Shown in pieces: positions 57,477 through 64,000 of a DNA stretch of 64,000 bases; the first letter of the stretch is position 1; each line of letters opens with the position of its first letter. Source of the DNA: the human T2T-CHM13v2.0 reference genome, Homo sapiens; NCBI RefSeq assembly GCF_009914755.1, contig NC_060925.1; one strand, given 5' to 3'. The notes beneath the pieces were generated by a model, which saw nothing but the letters and a program-made list of their open reading frames with translations, ran no database searches and was not told the origin of the DNA. The position numbers and the translations under genes were made by a program.

Positions 57477-59749
57477 CCAGGGCTACTGCAGCAGCCTTCT
57501 AACTACTCTCCCTGCCTCCAGTCTTCCTCCACTCTAATAATTCTTTGGATTATGAATTTCTTTATTTGAAAGTAATTAAGCACCAGTAAAGTACATCTCT
57601 CTGAAACACACATCTGACCGTACCACTTCCAAGTTTTAAAACCTTCAGTAACTGCCAACTATCTATAAGTAAAGTCCGAGTTCCTTTCCCTGGAAGAGAA
57701 GGCCTATTATAACCTGGACCTGGTGCCATTCCAGCCTTATCTTCTTCCACTGCCCCTATACACCCAAAGCTACAGCTACTTCTTTTAACACTCAAGGTTC
57801 AGCCTTATGTTCTCTTTCTGTGTCTTGCCCCTTGAGCCTTTGTCATTTACATAGCTCCAACGATTGTCCCTGAGTGATGCCCAAATCTCTATCTTCAATC
57901 CTACACTCTTTTTGGAGCTCCATATTTCTAGTTGCTTGCAGGGGATTTCCATCTTGACTTGACAGGCCCCAAACTGAACTCAGTACCTTCCTCCCCAAAG
58001 GTGGAAGTGCTCGTGACTTCCTTAGTTCTGTGTTACTCCTGGTCAATTAGAATAAAAAACTACAAGTGACCTTTACTCTTCACCGTTGCCTTGGGCCCAT
58101 TCCTGGACATGTCAAATAAGCCAACAAATGCTGTCAAGTCTCCCTTTCTTTCATCTGTTTGCAATGTGCTTTTTCATTCCTATGACCACTATCAGAATCA
58201 GAAAGATCAGGACCTGACCCATCCTTCACCTTTCTCTCCAGTCTCAAAGGAAGAGGCAACCTGTTTTCATCATGTCGGTCCCTGTGCCCTTGTTTTAAAA
58301 CCCCAAACAGTTGCCTCGTGCTTACAGGTCACAGTGAAGGAGGTCTTCACCACAGAAGACCTAGAAAAAAAAAAAAGAAGATAAAAAACGTGACAGGCCC
58401 TCAGACTGAACTCGGCATCTTTCTCTCTGAGGCTGGAAGTGCTCATGACTTCCTTAATTCTATGTTACTTCTGGTCAATCAGACTAAAAAACTACAAGTG
58501 ATCTACAGAAGTGTCCTCTACTAACAATCAGAGTGAGGATAGAGTCGGGTGGGACTGGGCAGTTAGAAAGACTTTATAAGTCCTTGAACAGCAGGGGTGG
58601 GAGCTTGTGGAAAAGTACACAGGTAGCTTCAACAGCACTGTAATGTTCTGAATTTAAAAGAGTGATTTAAATTGAGTTTTTGTTCTTAAATTATGCTTTA
58701 TAACATATAGACATATGTCCACCATCTATATTCTTTTGTACATATCAAATGTCAGGTTTTCATTTTTAAATTTGTTTGCAAAAGAGAAGTCCTAGGACAG
58801 TCTCTAGGAGCCCAGTAGGGAATCAGTAATAAGGGGCATAGGACACTAATATTTGTGAGTGTTTACTACATCAGATAGATCAGAAGATGGGGAAACTGAA
58901 GTTCTGAGGAGTTAAGTGGTTTGCCTATGGTAACATAGCTGGAAAGTGTTTTGAGATTTGAATCCACATATATTTGACCCCAAAGCTTGTCTCAGAATAA
59001 TGCCAGAGGGAATTTGCACGTTTTAAACACAATCTTGCCAACCAGAGGCTATGACCCCTGAGTACATGTTGGTATGAAAAATTCCCCAGAATTACAACAT
59101 CCAATGTCCACCATGAAACATGACAGAGGAAACTTCTCTTTTTGAGGACCCCTCTCTCTTCTTTCAGTTTCCCAACTTGCGTCTTCCTTATTCTCCTCCA
59201 TTTCTCCTTTCAGACTCACTGCTTCCAGCTTTGGCCTCATCTCTACTTTTACTTCATTTATAATGGGGCAGAGGCTACCTCAGAGCAGAGGAGGAGGAGA
59301 GTTGGGGTGTGTCACCTGTTTTAGAAAGAATCCACAAGTGGGCAGCAGTCTGAGGGGCTTGCGCTGGGCAAAGCAGATGTGGACAGAGGGAATCAGGAAA
59401 GCTTTGGGTTGGGAGGCATGATAGAGACTCAGAATAGTTAGTATTTAACAAGTCAGGGGAAGTGGCTAGAAAGAACAGAGACACTGGCATGGCTCACCAC
59501 AGGATTCAGGATTCCAAGTGGCGTTTTGGTGCTCACATCCCACAGTGCTGAACAAATTCCATTAGTAGTGGAGCATCTCATAGCTGAATGACTCAGGCCG
59601 CAGAGGAGAAATCCAAGAGAAGGACTGAGCTACATTCCCCTAGTCACTAACGAATCATTATGTAAGTAGATCACCCCCTTTAAATAAATGCAATATACAC
59701 AAACCCACATTTATAAGACATAATTTAGGGAATAGTTAGTTACCTACTA

Positions 59750-60110
<361 letters not shown>

Positions 60111-60964
60111 AATTTCTCTAACTAGGGACTTCTAGTACCTTTCCAGTTGGGTCCAATTGATAGAAATTCCATTAACATCCAATGCACTGTGATAGGAGGG
60201 AGGCAACTGGGAATAAAGAAACACGAGGAATCTCGAGTCGGGTGGCCTGAGTCTTAGTCCTGACTATGTTCTTGGGACCTATTCCTACCTGTAAAGTAAG
60301 GGCTAATCCTGTACCACCTCTAACCGTCATATAACTTTTAAATCTTAGCCTATCTCTACCCAGTCCTATAAAGCAAGATAGAACTCTGTGTGAAGGCTTC
60401 TGATCCTCCTGCTCTGCTGAAAGTAGCCAGAAAGGCAGCAAGCTCCTCAGCCTCAGGAACCCAGCCTGAGGCAAGGGGCTGGCTGAAATTGCCTCCGTCT
60501 GGCCTGGAGCTGTGCTCTGCTTCTCCCCATTTCACTCTAATCTTCAGCTTCAGTCATTTGCCACATCTACTCCTTCAACCATATCTTTCCTCTGCTCTGA
60601 GTTTTCTAGAGCCCCATCCCCCTTGAATTTATACAAATTTTTGCAATCAACCAGATTGGCCTCCCTGCTCCACTAAACTCATATCCTCAACTGTCTGCTG
60701 TCTTCCCCATCATGCTTCCTCTTCCACTTGCCAGATTTTGCACAAGATGTCTCATGATCTTGTCCAGGGAAGCCTCCCCAGTTTGGCTGATCTCAGGGCT
60801 GCCACAAAGGCACCTGCTGATGGGGCAAGTTGAGGACTGAACTGCATTCAGCTTGCCAATTCCTGCACCCAGCTCAGAGCTGTGTCTGCTGGAGGAAGGG
60901 AACCTTTTATTTTCTCCCAAAAGTATCACCTGTTCCCTGTTCTCCAAGTGACAGGCCACAGTAG

Positions 60965-61401
<437 letters not shown>

Positions 61402-62019
61402 TAAGGAACTGAGGTTAGATAACAGGTAAAGTCTAGGACCTGCAGGATGAGTGAATCAGGTGAGGGAGTGGTAGTCTTCTTCCTTGTCAGCCAGGCTAGG
61501 TTCAGGGGCACCTGGACTGAGGCGAGGGGCTGGCTGAAATTGCCTTGTGGAGGGCCCTGCCAGTGATGCCCCCTCCAGCAAATAGGGCCAGCTCTATGCA
61601 AATGTGTTCTTGCCCAGGAGTTTGGTTTCTTCTCTCTGAGCTCCTGGCACAGTGGAACCAATGTGAGCAGCTGCTTGGCAGGACAGAGAAGGGCAGGCTA
61701 GCAGTCCCAAAGCTCGGGTGACAGGACCAGGCCCAGGAGACGGGGATGTTGACTGGGGCTTTAACAGCACTCTTGATGCCAATCTCGGGCTGAAAACTCG
61801 ATATTTCCACTTGGAACAACAAGAATCACCAGCAAGAGAGCTGAGGAGAGGGCAGTATACCGGGGGCGCCCCCTGCAGGCCTCACAGGGTGGTGCCAGAA
61901 CAGAGGAAGGTGGCACAGGCAGGGTGGGGCTTTCAGGACATCCCTGAGATGATGGTGATGACAGTGACAATGATGATGACCATGAAGAAGACAATGAGGA
62001 GGAGGAAGAGGAAGACAGT

Positions 62020-62225
62020 AGCTAGCATTTACTGAGTACTAACAATGTGTCAGGCATTGCCTTATGTAGTCTTCATGACAACCCTCTAAGAGATGAATAA
62101 TATGGTTTTCTTTTTTTTAGATGAAGAATCTGAGGTTTAACGGGTTAAATAATTGCTCAGGTTCACCCAGCTAGTAGTGGACAGAGGTGGGATTTGAACC
62201 CAAGTCATTGCCTCCTGAGCTTATA
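62020..62225 (-). mobile_element. MIR preceded by a GAN-triplet low-complexity tract (61948-62020)
   Basis: tagatgaagaatctgaggttt...ggatttgaacccaag. Confidence 0.7.
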
Positions 62226-62689
62226 TTATCCAGTACCGAATTTCCCACCTTGCCAGGTCATTCCAGGAGCTTCTAGCCCTCCGTGTCCATCTCTATGTCT
62301 TCCTGCTCCTCTAGCTCATATTTTCTTGATCCAAATTTAAAGGATCTGGATAAGAATAGATCCATATCTGGGATATAATAATACTGATAACAACAGCAAC
62401 AACACTTTGCGTTTGTAAACCACTTTCTTCTCTTCATTATTTCCCTGGGGAAAAATAAACAATAAGATATTTCTGTTTCTCCAAATTTTGTTCTGATTTT
62501 TATCAGTGTTCCTGAAGCTATTTCAATATAGTCATGATCAATTTCTAAGAATATTTTTAGGTTCTGCTTTTTTATGTAACAGTGTGTTATATACACATTC
62601 ACATATTTAAACACAGCAATTATTATGGCTTTACAGTAACCCATGATATTAATATTCCACAGATATTACATTACTGAGGCACACTAGGC

Positions 62690-63480
62690 TAAGGCTGACA
62701 ACACCAAATGCTGGCAGGAATGTGGAGCAACAGGAACAGGAATTCGTGGCTGATGGGAATGCAAAATGGTACAGCTACTTTGGAAGAAAGTGTGGCAGTT
62801 TCCTAAAAAACTAAACATACTCTTACCATACGATCCAGGAATCATGCTCCTTGGTATCTACCCAAAGGAGATGAAAACTTACGTCCACATGAAAATCTGC
62901 CGATGGATGTTTATAGCAGCTGTATTCATCATGGCCAAATCTTGAAAGCAACCGAGATGTCCTTCAGTAGGTAAATAGATAAATAAACCATGGCCATCCT
63001 GAAATGGAATATTATTCAGTGCCAAAAAGAAATGAACTACAAAGCCATGAAAAGACATGGAGGAACCTTAAATTTACATTACTAAGTGAAAGAAGCCAAT
63101 TTGAAATGGCTACATATTGTACAATTCCAACGACATGACATTCTGGAAAAGGAAAATTATGGAAACAGGAAAAAGAGCAGTTGTTGCCAGGGGTTAGGGA
63201 AGGGGGATTGACTAGGCAGAGCATAGAGGACTTTTACAGCAATGAGACTATAATGGTGGATACACATCATTATATATTTGTCCAAACCCACAGAGTGTAC
63301 AACACCAAAAGTGAACCCTAATGTCAGCTATGGACTTTGGGCGATTATGATGTCAATGTAGCTTCATCACTTGTAACAAATGTGCCATTCTGGTGGATGT
63401 GTGGGGACAGGGGGCATACGGAAAATCTCTATAACTTTCCTCTCAGTTTTGCTCTGAATCTAAAACTACCCTTTAAGAAG
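62690..63480 (+). mobile_element. L1 (L1MC-like) 3' end
   Basis: ggaatgcaaaatggtacagctactttggaa...tgtccaaacccacagagtgtacaacacc...aaccctaatgt, typical L1MC 3' region. Confidence 0.85.
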
Positions 63481-64000
63481 TCTTCTTTTAAAACAATTTA
63501 CAAAGCATGAGGTGATACAGATGTGGGAGTTTGGCTCCTGTCTCTGCCCAACTCTGTGACATTCGATAAATTACTTAACATGTCTCTGTTTCAGTTTCCT
63601 CATCTATAACTGGGAAAAATAACACCTGTCTTATAGAGTTGCCATGGGGATGACATGAGGCATGTGTCTCGTTCATATCCCATGCTCAGTGAATTAGTAG
63701 CAGCAGCCACTGTGTGTTTGTGTGTCTTTATCCCTCCTGGGTTAATGAGCTCCTTGTGGGCAGGGACTCACCCATTCTGTAACCACCCCATCTAACACAC
63801 TGCCTGGCACTTGGGCTCCGCAGAAGTTTGCCGAGTGAATACTTAGTAAGCCCTAACCTAGGCTTTTCTCTCTGGTGGACATTTGGGTTGTTTCTAGGGT
63901 TTTTGCTATGAATAAAACACATTTCAAAGCCCTTTGTGGTTTTTTTGGTTTTTGTTTGTTTGTTTTTTCTTCGTTTGATCTGCTGACTCTGTGAAGCAGG

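Larger units (their letters stand above)
56400..58200 (+). mobile_element. L2 fragments hosting the MST LTR
   Basis: L2-type text is continuous across the LTR (caccattacctctca|ccagg|gctactgcagcagccttctaact). Confidence 0.6.

Noticed and set aside
61948-62020. Acidic D/E-like triplet run resembling coding sequence
   Set aside because: Simple-repeat tail next to a MIR; no supporting exon structure

Overview
Mammalian (human, recognisably chr1q23) genomic DNA, about half of it interspersed repeats. Two minus-strand protein-coding genes lie in tandem. PIGM (GPI mannosyltransferase I) has an intronless 423-aa CDS at 13545-14816, a CpG-island promoter and a long Alu-containing 3' UTR. KCNJ10 (Kir4.1 inward rectifier) has a non-coding exon 1 in a CpG island at about 53.1-53.2 kb, a 27.5-kb intron, and a 379-aa CDS whose ATG is the first base of exon 2. 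An RPL27A retro-pseudogene that appears to retain intron sequence sits inside a MaLR LTR, which itself splits a MER20. I found no convincing new multi-gene system. The best unexplained signals are: (1) a ~100-bp non-Alu inverted repeat in the KCNJ10 intron; (2) a tail-to-tail inverted Alu pair in the PIGM 3' UTR gated by alternative poly(A) sites; (3) the semi-processed, triple-nested RPL27A retrocopy; (4) uORFs in the PIGM leader; (5) a candidate 9-nt microexon or recursive splice site, and a UG-repeat cryptic donor, either of which would change the KCNJ10 start context; (6) several local templated duplications, one circularly permuted. Repeat family names and boundaries were assigned by eye and are approximate.
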